DNA of 62,821 nucleotides, filler included, from It is 4 parts of 4 records of this genome, joined end to end, with 100 filler letters (N's around TTAATTAATTAA, not from the genome) between each part and the next. Parts side by side here need not be neighbours in the genome. Positions count along the whole stretch, not along the records: positions 1 to 19,630 come from SRR2962707_1086; positions 19,731 to 45,577 come from SRR2962707_1090; 2 more parts are not named here. One strand, 5' to 3'. Shown piece by piece: positions 12,001 to 22,796 of this stretch (position 1 is its first letter; each line of letters starts with the position of its first letter). The notes under the pieces were generated by a model. It saw only the letters and a program-made list of their open reading frames with translations, ran no database searches and was not told where the DNA came from. The position numbers and the translations under genes were made by a program.

Positions 12001-15000
12001 CTCTCGTGCAGGAGGGCGCGGATGCGGTCCACAACGTCCTGCACCTGCAGCTCCGTGGCCATGCGACTGCTGATGTCGTTCCTCGCCCCCCCTCTCACCG
12101 GCACCAGCTTCCACAGCTTGGACTCATGCAGGTCGATGGGCACGTTCACGCGCAGGTGCTTGGTGCGCTGGCGCAGTTCGTCACTGTCTTGGCGCTGCTG
12201 CCAGCGCCGCTCCACCTTGTTGGTGAGCGCGCGCAGATCGCTGCGGTCGCTGTTGAAGCGCGCCTTGGTCGTCACGCGCTCCTTCTTGAGCACCAGCACG
12301 CGCCGCAGCAGCGCGTGGATGTCGCGCACCACTGCAGGGGCGTCGCCCAACTCCTGCGCGCGTTTCAGCAGCCGCTGCGCCTCTTGCAAGAGTTCCTCGG
12401 CCGCGGCCGCCGCGGCGTTGTGCGCACGCGCCATTCCTCCGCCATCTCCGCGACCGCTCCCGCGACCGTCGTGGTCGTCGTCGCCGTCTGGCTCGTCTCG
12501 CGTCAGACCTTGCGCGTGCAGTTCCCAGAGGGTGGGGAAGTTCGGCACTTCCAGCTTTGTCAGCCACGCCGTCGTGATGCCCAGCGCGCCGTAGACCTGC
12601 TCCGTCAGCTGCTCCTGCAGCTTCACGAACTGCTCCTTCTCGGGGGCCTCTAACAGCTTGGCGTCGCCGCTCGGGTCCACGAAGAACAGGCCGAGCAGCT
12701 CCTGTTCCAGAGCCTCCAGTCTGGGCAGCACCGCCGGCGACTTGCGCCACTGACCCTGCGCGCGTGTCGCGAGGCCGAGCGCTGCGTCGACGAGCGCGCC
12801 GTGCACGCGGCGCACGTGCAGCACGCTCTTGAGGTAGAAGTCGTGGTTGCGGCTGCCGGCGACGCGCCGCAACGCGGTGGGGGGCGCGAGGTCGCGCAGA
12901 ACTTTGGCGATTCGCACGTGGCCTGAGTCTTCCAACACGCGGATCTCCTGCGCTAGGTCGCGCGTTTCCACGTTGGAGACGGCGTTCTTCGTGTGCCTGC
13001 GAAGGTCGACCCGGATGGCCTCCGCGTCGCGGTCACACTGCCTAAGCTTCAGCAGCGTCTCGGTGTACTCCGTCCCACCGCCGCCGCTGCCGCTGCCCAG
13101 CCGGTGCCTGACGTCGCCGGGCAGGGCGTGCAAGAGGTGCATCATGCCTTCCGCGCGCGCTAGCAGCGACTGGCCGAACTTGTTGCCGTCCAACTGCACC
13201 ATACGGCGCACGTTATCCATGCGATTCGCCAGCTCAGGCGGCACACGTAGTGTCGCGCTCGAGCTCGGCGCCTTGTTGCCGCGGCTGCTTGGCACAGCGG
13301 AGGCTTCGATCTCCGCCACGACGGCCACCCCGGCGAGGGCAAAGTCGGACAGAGCCTCGGGGCTGGTTCGTGTCGTGTCGTCGGTCCACTCTCGCTGCAC
13401 ATTCCCCTTGTGCACGGCGCGCATTTTTCCCGCGAAGCGGCGTGTCTCTGGCAGGTCATGAACGTGCACCACGTACAGCCGGCTGCTACCGCTGCAGCGC
13501 AGCAGTAGCAGGCGTCCACCGGCGGCGCCAATGTGCGCGACGTACACCAGCAGTGTGCCGGCGGCGGTCTCTCGCTCCATTTCGTCCATCTCCCGCACCA
13601 CGGACGCCGCCTGCGGCTGCGTCTTGAAGCCGACCGCAACCTGCAGCGGCACGGGCCACCGCAGCAGCGCACACCCTGCAATGAACGGCGCGACCCAGCT
13701 CCGGCGGATGCTGTCTGCTGCAAGCTGCACCATCACAGACGCCAGCGTGTCGCGGTAACGCCGGCACGCCTCGGCAGGCGCGTCCGCATTGCGCACGAGG
13801 CCGAGCAGGCGGCCCGAATCGCGCGGGTCCCCCACCGCGTGCACGAACTCGCGCCAGAGCAGCAGCTCGCGGCGCAGCAACGCCGCCCTCAACGCGAGCA
13901 CCTCCCGGCCCTGCAGGCAGGTTTCCAGCTGCAACACAGCGGCTTCGAGCTTGGCGTTGGCCCCCTGGTTGTCCGGCACAGCGGCGGTGGCGGTGCGCAC
14001 TGCCTCTTGCGCGCGGCGGCGTTCGGCGGCGATGGCCTTGGACAGGCTCCGCAGTTCGTCGCACTGCTCCAACAGCGGCTCCCTGAACTGTTGGGGAGCT
14101 TTCGTCATCCAGTCCTTCAGCGACCAGCTCCGCTGCGTCAGAGTGCGCCGCTGGAGGTTCGTGAGCTTCTTCTCGCAATGCCGCAGTTTGGCCAGCAGCG
14201 ACTGCGCCGAGGAGCGCGTCGCTCGGGCCGCGGCGCTTGCGCCACCACCACTGTCGTCGGAGCTGCTGCTGCCGCTGCCGCTCGCGGTATCGTTGTTGCT
14301 ACGGCCGCTGCCACTGCCATTGCTACGGTCCTTGCCACTGCCGCCGCCGTCGCTGTTGCTCCTGCTGCTGTCGCGCTCGGGCGACTCCCACCAACCCGGC
14401 TTTACGCGCAGGTTGCCAGCAAGTTCTCGAGCCGCCCGCAGCACCTGGTTCGCCACATCGAGCTCCTGCAGTGACGCCACCTCGTCGCACTTCGCAATGT
14501 GCTCTGCGCGCAGTGCTTCGCTGCGGCGCTCGTGGGCCTGGCGGTGCCAGTCCACTGCGGTGGAGAGTGTCGTCAGTGACTCCTTCACCTGGTCCGTCAG
14601 CTTCACAGCGTAGTCTGCTGCCACGATCTCGAGCAGAAAAATAAAGCTCATCGGCTGGAGCGACGACGACCCCAGCAGCGCGTGCGTGGGCAGCGCCACC
14701 TGTGACGCCCAGTAGCTGCCGATCCAGGCGACGGCAGTGCGGAACTGGCTCAGCAAGACCTCGGTGGCAGGGTTGTGCTGCTGGAACTCGCGTGCCAGCG
14801 CACCCAATTGGTCCGAGATTACCTCGCGGCCACTGCACAGCGGCTCGCGGAGGGTCTGCTCGAGCTGCCACGCCTGTGACTTGTTCTTGCGCAGCGCCTC
14901 CAGGGCCTGCGTGCGCAGCGAGTGCAAGTCCGCGTGGCGGAGGGGTCTCAGCAGATCCGCGAGGTGATCTGCGAAGCGCAGGTGCTGCAGCGAGTTGTTC

Positions 15001-18000
15001 AGCAGCATGCAGCGCTTGAACGCCTGCCGCTGCGCGTCCGTGGCGCACGGCGCTAGGCTGGACAGCACGGGCTCAGCGATGGACGTGAACTCACGCACAA
15101 CGCGGGAGATGCGCGCTAGCGCAGTAGCGCGAAGTTCGACGTCCAGCACGGACGCCCGCTTCACGAACTCCGTCAGGTGCTCGACCACACGGCGGCAGGC
15201 GGCGTGCAGCGGCGACGGCGTCTCTAGCGTCGGGGAGAGGACGTCGGGCGCGATGGACCGCGTGGGGATGTGCAGCGTGGCCAGCAGCGGGTCCAGCTGC
15301 ATGCGAACATCTAGGACGGTGTTGCACGCGGCCAGCCGCATCTCCAGGTCGACGGGGGGGTCTACCACAAGCATGGGCAGCAGCACGCGGCGCGCCAGGT
15401 GCATCAGTAGCAACTTGCCCGTGCCGTCGTCGCACTCGCCGATGCCGTCCAGCAGCGCGCTGACCACGTGACGCTCCACGAACGCCATCTCGCTTTCCAC
15501 CGGCCGGTAGTCTACCTGCCACCGTGGCAGCCCCGGCGCCGGGGCCTTCTCCACTCGCGCGAACACCCGCGTGCGCGCCTGCCGGTTCAGCAGCTGCCCC
15601 AACTCCTTGGCCAGGCCGCGGGCCTGCTCAGGTGTGGCGCATGCGCCGCAGTACGTGCTGACGAGAGCGTAGGCCGCGGCGTTTGACGGTCGCCATTGCT
15701 GGGCCACGAGACTGCGCGTGGTGGCGCAGGCGCGCTGCAGGCTGCGGAAGGTGAACGAAAAGTTGTGCATCACGCGAATGTAACCGTCGTGCAGCTGCTT
15801 TACCGCCAGCGCGTGGAAGTCCAACACCAGCTGCGCCACCTCGTGGCCCCCGGACACCCCTTCCAGGTACAACCGCGTGAGTAGTTCCAGCACGCAGCGG
15901 TCGTTGTTCCCGTCGCCGCGTGCCGCGTGGGCCACGGCTCCGTCGGCTCCGACAGGCACAGCAGCGTTGGCGGCGCCGGAGGCGTGCACGACAAGGATAG
16001 ATGGCATGTGGAGACGCAGGACACGGTTGAGCAGCGCGCCGGAGAGGTGGTGCGAGCCGAGGCGCGTGGGGTTGCTCGTGCAGAAGATGCGGAAGTGCTT
16101 GTGAACGCCCCCGTTGGAACGGCTGCGCTCGGGCAGGTCGATCTCGAACGGGTTGAGCGACGCGTCCTCCTCGAACAGCGAGTTCAGCCGCTCGATCACG
16201 TCCGGTGGTGAGCAGTTCACGTTGTCGAACAGCACCCAGTGGCCCTGTGCCAGCGCAGTCAGCAGCTCGCTAGGCACGGCGTCGAACGAGGTCGACACCC
16301 CACTGCTGCCGCCATTGTTGCCACTGTGGCCACCGTTGCCGCCATTGCCCGTGCCATCACCGGCAGCGTCGGCATCGTACGCGTCCAACTGCGCCCGCAA
16401 GCCGTTTGCCTCCCGCTCCAGGCCTTCGATCCACTGCGTGCAAGGCACTCGTGTGCTTTGGGCGATGCGCATCTGCTTCAGCAGCTCCGCCAGTCGTTCC
16501 TGCGTTTTCAACGCCTTCTGAAGCGACGGCAGCACGTCGTCGCCACCGCCCACGCGCTCGCTGCTGCTGACTTCGCCATTCTTGCTGCCGTCGTCCGCTT
16601 CCCCCAGCCTCTGCTCCTCGCTCTGGCCCTCCTGGTCTGCCTGCTCCAACGCAACGGCCGCCCGGTGGGTGTGGCGCACGTCCATGCAGGCCTGCAGGAT
16701 TACCGACACTTCCTCGATCAGCTTCGCTTCGCGGAGCACCGCTGCGGCAGCGCCAGCAGCGTCCCGGCCACGGCGAAGTCGCTTGGTGAGCGGCTGAGCC
16801 GAGTGTGTTAGCAGTTCGTTGGCGATCTTCGCGCAGTTGTTGACGGCCCTGACGATGGTGGTCCAGCCACCGCCGCCGCCGCCGCCGCCTGCCCCGCCAC
16901 GGTGATGCTTGAGCACGCGCGTGCCAATCAAGTCCGACACGTCCACCTCTTCATGCATGGGCACCACGACCAGTTTCTGGTGGCAAATGCGGGCGAGCTC
17001 GCGCACCAGCCACGTCTTGCGCGAGGCTGTCGGGCCCTCCACAAGCACGGGGCGGCCGGAGCTCGCCGCTGCTGCCAGGTCTTGCAGCTGCTCTACAGTC
17101 GCTTCGTCGTGCACCGGCTTGAATGCGCCGTGCGGGTGCATGTGGTTGCCACGCTCCATGTACACGTACCCGATGCGCGGGAAGGCCGTACTCTCGCGCT
17201 CGTCGATGGGTTCCGCGTTGGTGCGGGCCAGGCGCTCGAGCAGTCGCTCCGCGATGGGCATGTGGTCGTGCACTTGGCGCAGCACCTGCTTCTGGTCCTC
17301 CCGGGACACGAACCGGCCGGCGTACACCAACTTGAGCGCGTTGCGCAGCGCCACGACGCGGAGGTCGTCGTCGTCGCCGCCGCCGCCGCCGTCGCCGTCT
17401 GCGGCGTCCCAGTCCAGGTGTCCCCCGCCGTCGCCGCCTGCGGCTCCGCGGTCCTGCACCTGGCGCCGGTAGCGGCGCAGCTGGTCCCGCGCGGTGGACA
17501 TGATGACGTCGGCGAGTTTGGAGAGGTCGCGAAGGTTGAGCTCGTAGGGTCCGCCCACGCGGCCGATCTCGCGCGCTTCCAGGCGCGCGCAGACGTCTTG
17601 ATGGAACTCGAAAATGGCGTCGAAGTGCTGGTGGCCCATGACCGCATCGTCCTCGTCCAGCAGGTCGCGGAAGATGTACTCCGCGATGCGGCGCAGCTCG
17701 AGCTCCGAGTAGCTGCCGAGGCGCACCTTGGCAAACAGCACCTCGATGGAGCGCGGCAGGCGCGAGCGGCCACCGCCCACGGAGGTAGGGTTCATGGTCG
17801 CGAACACTTGCAAGCCGGCCAACGACACGCGCTCGGGCATGCCCTTGATCTGGAAGGTGGGGCTGCCGTTCAGCAGCGGCACCAGACCCTCGAGCACCTC
17901 TGGCGGTGCCAGGTTGATCTCGTCGAACAGGATCCACGAGCCGGCCTTGATGGCGGAGAGCAGCGGCCCGTCGCGGAAGCGGAACATGCGTGTGCCGTCC

Positions 18001-19628
18001 TCTGCCGTTGTGGGCATGATTCCACCGACCAGGGTGTCCAGCGACGTGCTAGAGCTGAAGTTGATGCGCACCACCGGTTCGCGTTCACCGCCGCCGTCGC
18101 TGCCGCCACTGCCATTGAGAATGGGGCCTAGGGCCATGGTCACCTTGGTCTTGCCAATGCCTGGTGGCCCCTCCAGCAGAAGCGGGCTGCGCGACACTAG
18201 CGCCGCCATTATGCGCGCTACGTTGCCGAGGAACGTTGACGTGAGCACTGCCTGCTCCCCCAGCTTCTCCAGAGCCTCGGAGGGGTCGAACGACACCGCG
18301 CACAACAGGTTCATGTGGGTCAATTCCACGTGCTGCCCGTTGTTCACCAGCCGCAGGACTGGCGGCGCCGGCTTCGCCCCCCCTTCACCACCTCTGAATG
18401 CGGCCGCAGCCGCTTCCGGCACGGGCGCGTCACGCAGCACGCCGGCCCAGTTGGCCGCGTCGTTGGTGCATGCGACGACCTTTTGCTGCTCGGCTAGGCT
18501 CAGCTCGTCCAGGTAGAAGAAGCGCAGCCCCAGCCGGATGCGGTCCATGAGGCTTGCCTGCGCCGGGTGCTGCGTGATGAAGTTCAGTAGCCGGCACCAG
18601 TGGTAGATGTCGCCACCCTCAACACTGGACGGCACCGGCGGATGGCGCGCTCGCAGGAGGCTGCGCACCTGCTGCAGCAGCTGAATGGCGTTGTCGTCGG
18701 CGGTGGGCAGGCGACGGCGCGCAATGGCCGCGAAGTCCTCGTCTGTGTACGCGCCCACGCGGATCACGGTGAAGCGCGACATCGTGGCGGGTGACACGTT
18801 GATCTTGGCGTTGGGGTTGTCGCTATGGATCGTGGCGAAGACTTGCGTGCCGCGCACAATCGGAACGTTCACATTGCCACCTGCGTTCTCCTCCACCGCC
18901 TCACCGGCGCTGCACGCCGCCCCCAGACGACTGCGGATGGCGGCGGAGATGGTGGTGCGCGTGAGATCCTCGGTCACCGCAAACGTCGGGTCCGGCTCCA
19001 CGAGGCTGTTGAGGCGCTCTGTGACGGACGCCGATGGCAGGTTCCAGTCCTCCAGCAGCAGCGGCAGCCCAAGCTTGGCGGACCGCGTCACGGGTCCGTC
19101 CCGAAACACAAATTGCGGGTCGGAACTGTCCAGGCCGACGGGGCCGGTGCGGGGCCCTGGTACTTCGAAGCACACCCGGGCGCAGAACACAACGTCCTCG
19201 AGCAGATTCTCCAGCACAGGGTCGGCGGCGCTCGCTTGCACTTCCGAACAATCCCGCCACTGGCAACGCACGGACTCCACGAAGTGGTCCACGTGATCCT
19301 GCAGCATCTCCAGTGTCTTGGGCGAGATAGATCCCGATGGGGTGTCTCCCAGTAGCACGTCCTCCACGAAGCGCATTGCTGCCTCCTCCGCCTCCGCCGC
19401 CGCCACCTCGCCGTCCGTGGGGCCGGCGTCACCACCGTCACCACCGTCTCCGCCAGGCGTCGGCGCAGGCTGCAACTGCGACTCGCTGGCTCCTGCGTGC
19501 TCTTGGTCGACGAGGTCCCACTCGTCACTACCATAGTTTTGGACAGGGTCGTCTCCTCCAGTGTCGACAACGTCCCAATCGTCGCCTCCGTCGTCTTGGA
19601 CGTCGTCGTCATCATCATCGTCGTCGTC
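3..19628 (-). CDS. Giant midasin/Rea1-like AAA+ protein, partial at both ends (>=6542 aa): AAA4(part), AAA5, AAA6, then a ~5200-aa helical tail with five Ig-like (ASH/PapD-type) domains
   Basis: Manual translation of most of the minus frame starting at 19628 found no stop. The ORF track has no minus-strand ORF in this frame anywhere in 1-19630, while both other frames are fragmented, as expected for a frame that never terminates. Midasin-type motifs: FVFRDGPVTRSAKLGLPLLLEDWNL..VTERLNSLVEP; PLLLEGPPGIGKT (Walker A 18147-18170); FRFRDGPLLSAIKAGSWILFDEINLA (Walker B 17919-17936); VFATMNPTSVGGGRSRLP; GGPYELNLRDL; PVLVEGPTASRKT (17013-17036); WVLFDNVNCSPPDVIERLNSLFE; HFRIFCTSNP. Confidence 0.9.
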
Positions 19629-19630
19629 AT
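19602..19630. repeat. (GTC/ATC)n run, poly-Asp in the giant ORF; contig end
   Basis: gtcgtcgtcatcatcatcgtcgtcgtcat reads GAC/GAT x9 on the minus strand and abuts the N spacer. Confidence 0.8.
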
Positions 19631-19730
19631 NNNNNNNNNNNNNNNNNNNNNNNNNNNNNNNNNNNNNNNNNNNNTTAATTAATTAANNNNNNNNNNNNNN
19701 NNNNNNNNNNNNNNNNNNNNNNNNNNNNNN
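19631..19730. other. Artificial contig spacer (N44-TTAATTAATTAA-N44)
   Basis: Exactly 100 nt with a six-frame stop linker at 19675-19686; genes are truncated on both sides. Confidence 0.98.
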
Positions 19731-19731
19731 C

Positions 19732-20370
19732 GGCAACGGCGCCCGCTGCTTCGCCCGCTTCGTCCGTGACGAGGAACTCACCGACAAACACGAGATCCGC
19801 GTGGAGACCGCCGCCGGCGAAATGACCTTGCGGGTCACCGACGATGGCCTGGTGACCGTGGACATGGGCGCGCCGCGCTGGGCTCCGCAAGCCATTCCCT
19901 TCACCGCCAAGGCGGAAGCGGACAGCTATTTTCTTGTGGCCGGCAACAACGGCTATGAAGTCTCCGCCGTGGGGCTGGGTAATCCCCATTGTGTCCTGTT
20001 GGTGGAAAATGTGGACAACGCCCCGGTGGACACCGTCGGGCCGTTGCTGGAAAGCCACGAGCAGTTTCCCGAGCGGGTCAACGTGGGATTCATGCAGGTG
20101 ATCGGCCGTAATGAGATCCGGCTGCGGGTCTACGAGCGCGGCGCCGGTGAAACCCTGGCCTGCGGCTCCGGTGCCTGCGCCGCGGTTTTGTGCGGCCAGC
20201 GCCGCGGCCTGCTCGACGACACCGTCACCGTGCACCTGCTCGGCGGCACCCTGCAGGTCCACTATCCTTACAGCAGCCAGGACGGCCAGAGCGGCGTATT
20301 GATGACAGGCCCGGCAAGCCGTGTCTATGATGGCGCCATCGACATTCCGCAGCCGAGCAAAGCCCGTTGA
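19732..20370 (+). CDS. dapF: Diaminopimelate epimerase, 5'-truncated by the contig edge
   Basis: GNGARCFARF at the edge, GNPHCV, FPERVNVGF, RVYERGAGETLACGSGACAA; upstream of DUF484-xerC. Confidence 0.96.
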   Translation, partial: GNGARCFARFVRDEELTDKHEIRVETAAGEMTLRVTDDGLVTVDMGAPRWAPQAIPFTAKAEADSYFLVAGNNGYEVSAVGLGNPHCVLLVENVDNAPVDTVGPLLESHEQFPERVNVGFMQVIGRNEIRLRVYERGAGETLACGSGACAAVLCGQRRGLLDDTVTVHLLGGTLQVHYPYSSQDGQSGVLMTGPASRVYDGAIDIPQPSKAR

Positions 20371-20392
20371 GCCAACCCACGGGGATAATTTC

Positions 20393-21106
20393 ATGAGCGA
20401 GCAAAAGCCCACCAGCGCCGACCAGGTCGCCGCTTTCCTGCGCCAGCACCCGGACTATTTTCAGCAACGGCCGGAGCTGCTGGAACTGCTGCGTCTGCCG
20501 GACGCCCGCGGCCAGGCGGTTTCCTTGCTGGAACGCCAGGCGGCGATCCTGCGCGAACGCAATCAGGAGTTACGCGAACGCCTGAACGGCCTGCTTGACG
20601 TGGCGCGGGAAAATGACCGTCTGTTCGAACTGACGCGAAGCCTGACCCTGGCCCTGCTGGAAGCACGCACCCCCGACAAGCTGTTCCGGGGCCTGGTGCG
20701 TACCCTGGAAGACGACTTCCATTGCGACGCCGTGGCTTTGCTGCTGCACGACCGCGAGATCCCGATTCTCGGCGAATTGCGCAAGCAGGTACGGCTGATC
20801 GACGATGAAGCGCTGCCCTCCGGCTTGGCGCCGATGCTGCGTCCGGGCAAGTCGGTGTGCGGCGTGTTCCGCCAGGAAGAGCTGAAAGCGCTGTTCCAGG
20901 AGCAGAGCGAGCAGGTGCAATCCGCCGCCCTGATCCCGCTGGATTTCCATGGCCCGGTCGGTCTGCTGGCCATCGGCAGCCGTGACGCCATGCACTTCCG
21001 CAGCGGCATGGACACTCTGTTCATCAACCACCTGGGCGATATCCTGGCGCGCCGTCTCAGCGAAGTGGGCCGTTCCAGTACCGCCCGCCAGGCGCAACGG
21101 GCCTGA
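20393..21106 (+). CDS. DUF484 (YigA-like) GAF-fold protein
   Basis: VAAFLRQHPDYF..AVSLLERQ..LRERN..A.ENDRLF; LAIGSRD..HF..GMDTLF; conserved position between dapF and xerC. ATG 20393 chosen over the upstream in-frame start. Confidence 0.9.
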   Translation: MSEQKPTSADQVAAFLRQHPDYFQQRPELLELLRLPDARGQAVSLLERQAAILRERNQELRERLNGLLDVARENDRLFELTRSLTLALLEARTPDKLFRGLVRTLEDDFHCDAVALLLHDREIPILGELRKQVRLIDDEALPSGLAPMLRPGKSVCGVFRQEELKALFQEQSEQVQSAALIPLDFHGPVGLLAIGSRDAMHFRSGMDTLFINHLGDILARRLSEVGRSSTARQAQRA

Positions 21107-21110
21107 CCCC

Positions 21111-22019
21111 ATGACCGCCGCCAGCGACGCTGATTGGGTGGCGGATTTTATCCGTCATCTGGACAGCGAACGGCGGCTTTCCGCCAACACCGTCAAACAT
21201 TACCGCCGCGATCTCGAACGCGCCCGTCAGGCCCTGGACGGCCTCCACTGGCGCCGCGTCACGGTGCATGATCTGCGCGCCCTGGTGGCGCGGCTGCACC
21301 GGGATGGTCTCGGCGGGCGAAGCCTGCAGCGTCTGCTGTCCACTTTGCGCACTTTTTTTCATTTCCTGATCCGGGAAGGCAGGGTCAGCGACAATCCCGC
21401 CCTGGATATTCGTGCTCCGAAAAGCGGCAAACGGCTGCCCAAGGCCCTGGACGCCGACCAAACCCGCCATTTGCTCGATAGCGAAGAGGCCAGCGGCACG
21501 CCGCTGGACCGGCGCGACCAGGCGATGATGGAGCTGCTCTATGGCTGTGGCCTGCGGCTGGCGGAACTGATCAGCCTGAATCTGGACAGCATCGACATCA
21601 CCGCCGGCCAGGTACGGGTCACCGGCAAGGGCAACAAGACCCGCCTGCTGCCGGTGGGCAAGCCGGCCCTGGCCGCCCTGCGCCGCTGGCTGTCGGTGCG
21701 AGGCCAGCTCACCTCACCGGACCAGCCGGCTTTGTTCGTCAGCCAGCGCGGACGGCGGGTGTCACCGGCCACGGTGCAGCAGCGCCTGCGTCAGGCGGCG
21801 GTTAAGCGGGGCCTTGGCGAGCATCTGCACCCGCATAAGCTGCGCCATTCCTACGCCACCCACCTGCTCGAATCCTCCGGCGACCTGCGCGCGGTGCAGG
21901 AGTTGCTCGGCCACGCCAATCTCAGCACCACCCAGGTCTATACCCACCTGGATTTCCAGCATCTGGCACGGATCTACGACGACGCCCATCCACGCGCCCA
22001 GCGCAAGAAAGACGATTGA
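21111..22019 (+). CDS. xerC: Tyrosine recombinase XerC
   Basis: [77 protein letters not shown]; dapF-yigA-xerC-yigB synteny. Confidence 0.96.
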   Translation: MTAASDADWVADFIRHLDSERRLSANTVKHYRRDLERARQALDGLHWRRVTVHDLRALVARLHRDGLGGRSLQRLLSTLRTFFHFLIREGRVSDNPALDIRAPKSGKRLPKALDADQTRHLLDSEEASGTPLDRRDQAMMELLYGCGLRLAELISLNLDSIDITAGQVRVTGKGNKTRLLPVGKPALAALRRWLSVRGQLTSPDQPALFVSQRGRRVSPATVQQRLRQAAVKRGLGEHLHPHKLRHSYATHLLESSGDLRAVQELLGHANLSTTQVYTHLDFQHLARIYDDAHPRAQRKKDD

Positions 22020-22024
22020 TCACG

Positions 22025-22072
22025 GCGGGTTGATCGGGGATAGTGGATAGCCTGCTGCCCCGATCAACCCGC
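22025..22072. repeat. Perfect 15-bp inverted repeat (stem-loop) between xerC and the HAD gene
   Basis: GCGGGTTGATCGGGG (22025-22039) / CCCCGATCAACCCGC (22058-22072), 18-nt loop, no U tract. Confidence 0.8.
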
Positions 22073-22088
22073 TGCTCTCCGATTCCCT

Positions 22089-22796
22089 ATGACTGGACTG
22101 AAACTGATCACCTTCGACCTGGACAATACCCTCTGGCCGGTGGATGAGGTGATTCGTCAGGCGGAACGCACCTGCAGTGCCTGGATCGCCGAGCATCATC
22201 CGGAGGCGTCCGCGGCGCTGACCGCCGAGCGCATCCGCTCGGTACGTGACCGGCTGATCGGTGAGCAACCGGACTATCTCAATAATCTGACCCGGCTGCG
22301 CCGGGACGCCATGGCCCAGGCCTTTATCGAGGCCGGCTTCGCCGAGCGCGAGGCCCGCCACATTGCCCAGGATGCCTTTCTGGTATTCCACGAAGCACGC
22401 AATAAAGTCAGTTTTTTCCCCGGCGCGCTGGAAGTGCTGGAAACCCTGGCGGACAGCTACACCCTGGGCGCGCTCAGCAATGGCAACGCCGACCTGAAGC
22501 AAATCGGCATTCGTGATTTGTTTGCTTTCCATCATTCCGCGGAAAGCATCGGCAAACGCAAACCGGAAGCGGACATGTTCCATGCCGCCCTGCACAGCGC
22601 CGGCGTCAGCGCCACCCAGGCGGTGCACGTGGGCGACCATCCATTGGAGGATGTGGACGCGGCGCGCCAGCATGGTTTCCATGCGGTGTGGGCCAATCTG
22701 ATCGATCTGTCCTGGCCTTCGGACCTGGATCAACCGAGCCATTACATTCACAACCTTCACGAACTCACCGACCTGCTGCCCCTGTTCGATGACTGA
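22089..22796 (+). CDS. HAD-superfamily hydrolase (YigB-like)
   Basis: ITFDLDNTLW motif I, LSNGNADL, KP..MF, HVGDHPLEDV..A; follows xerC. Confidence 0.92.
   Translation: MTGLKLITFDLDNTLWPVDEVIRQAERTCSAWIAEHHPEASAALTAERIRSVRDRLIGEQPDYLNNLTRLRRDAMAQAFIEAGFAEREARHIAQDAFLVFHEARNKVSFFPGALEVLETLADSYTLGALSNGNADLKQIGIRDLFAFHHSAESIGKRKPEADMFHAALHSAGVSATQAVHVGDHPLEDVDAARQHGFHAVWANLIDLSWPSDLDQPSHYIHNLHELTDLLPLFDD

Noticed and set aside
3-19628. Calling the giant ORF canonical midasin (MDN1/REA1)
   Set aside because: The post-ring tail is far too long, contains Ig-like repeats, lacks the acidic tether and MIDAS within ~5200 aa, and AAA4 motifs are degenerate. No gene symbol assigned.
85-19630. Numerous long ORF-track entries in contig 1 (e.g. 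4102..5895 +, 10944..12653 +, 16902..18131 +, 3322..4725 -)
   Set aside because: Antisense or off-frame shadows of the giant minus-strand ORF in very GC-rich DNA; their translations are Arg/Ser/Ala-rich with no motifs.
19675-19686. TTAATTAATTAA palindrome, also at 45622 and 52153, and ORFs containing X runs
   Set aside because: Synthetic six-frame-stop linker centred in N runs, not biological.
21111-22019. Tyrosine recombinase as a phage or island integrase
   Set aside because: Sequence and dapF-DUF484-xerC-HAD context identify housekeeping XerC; no att sites or mobile genes nearby.
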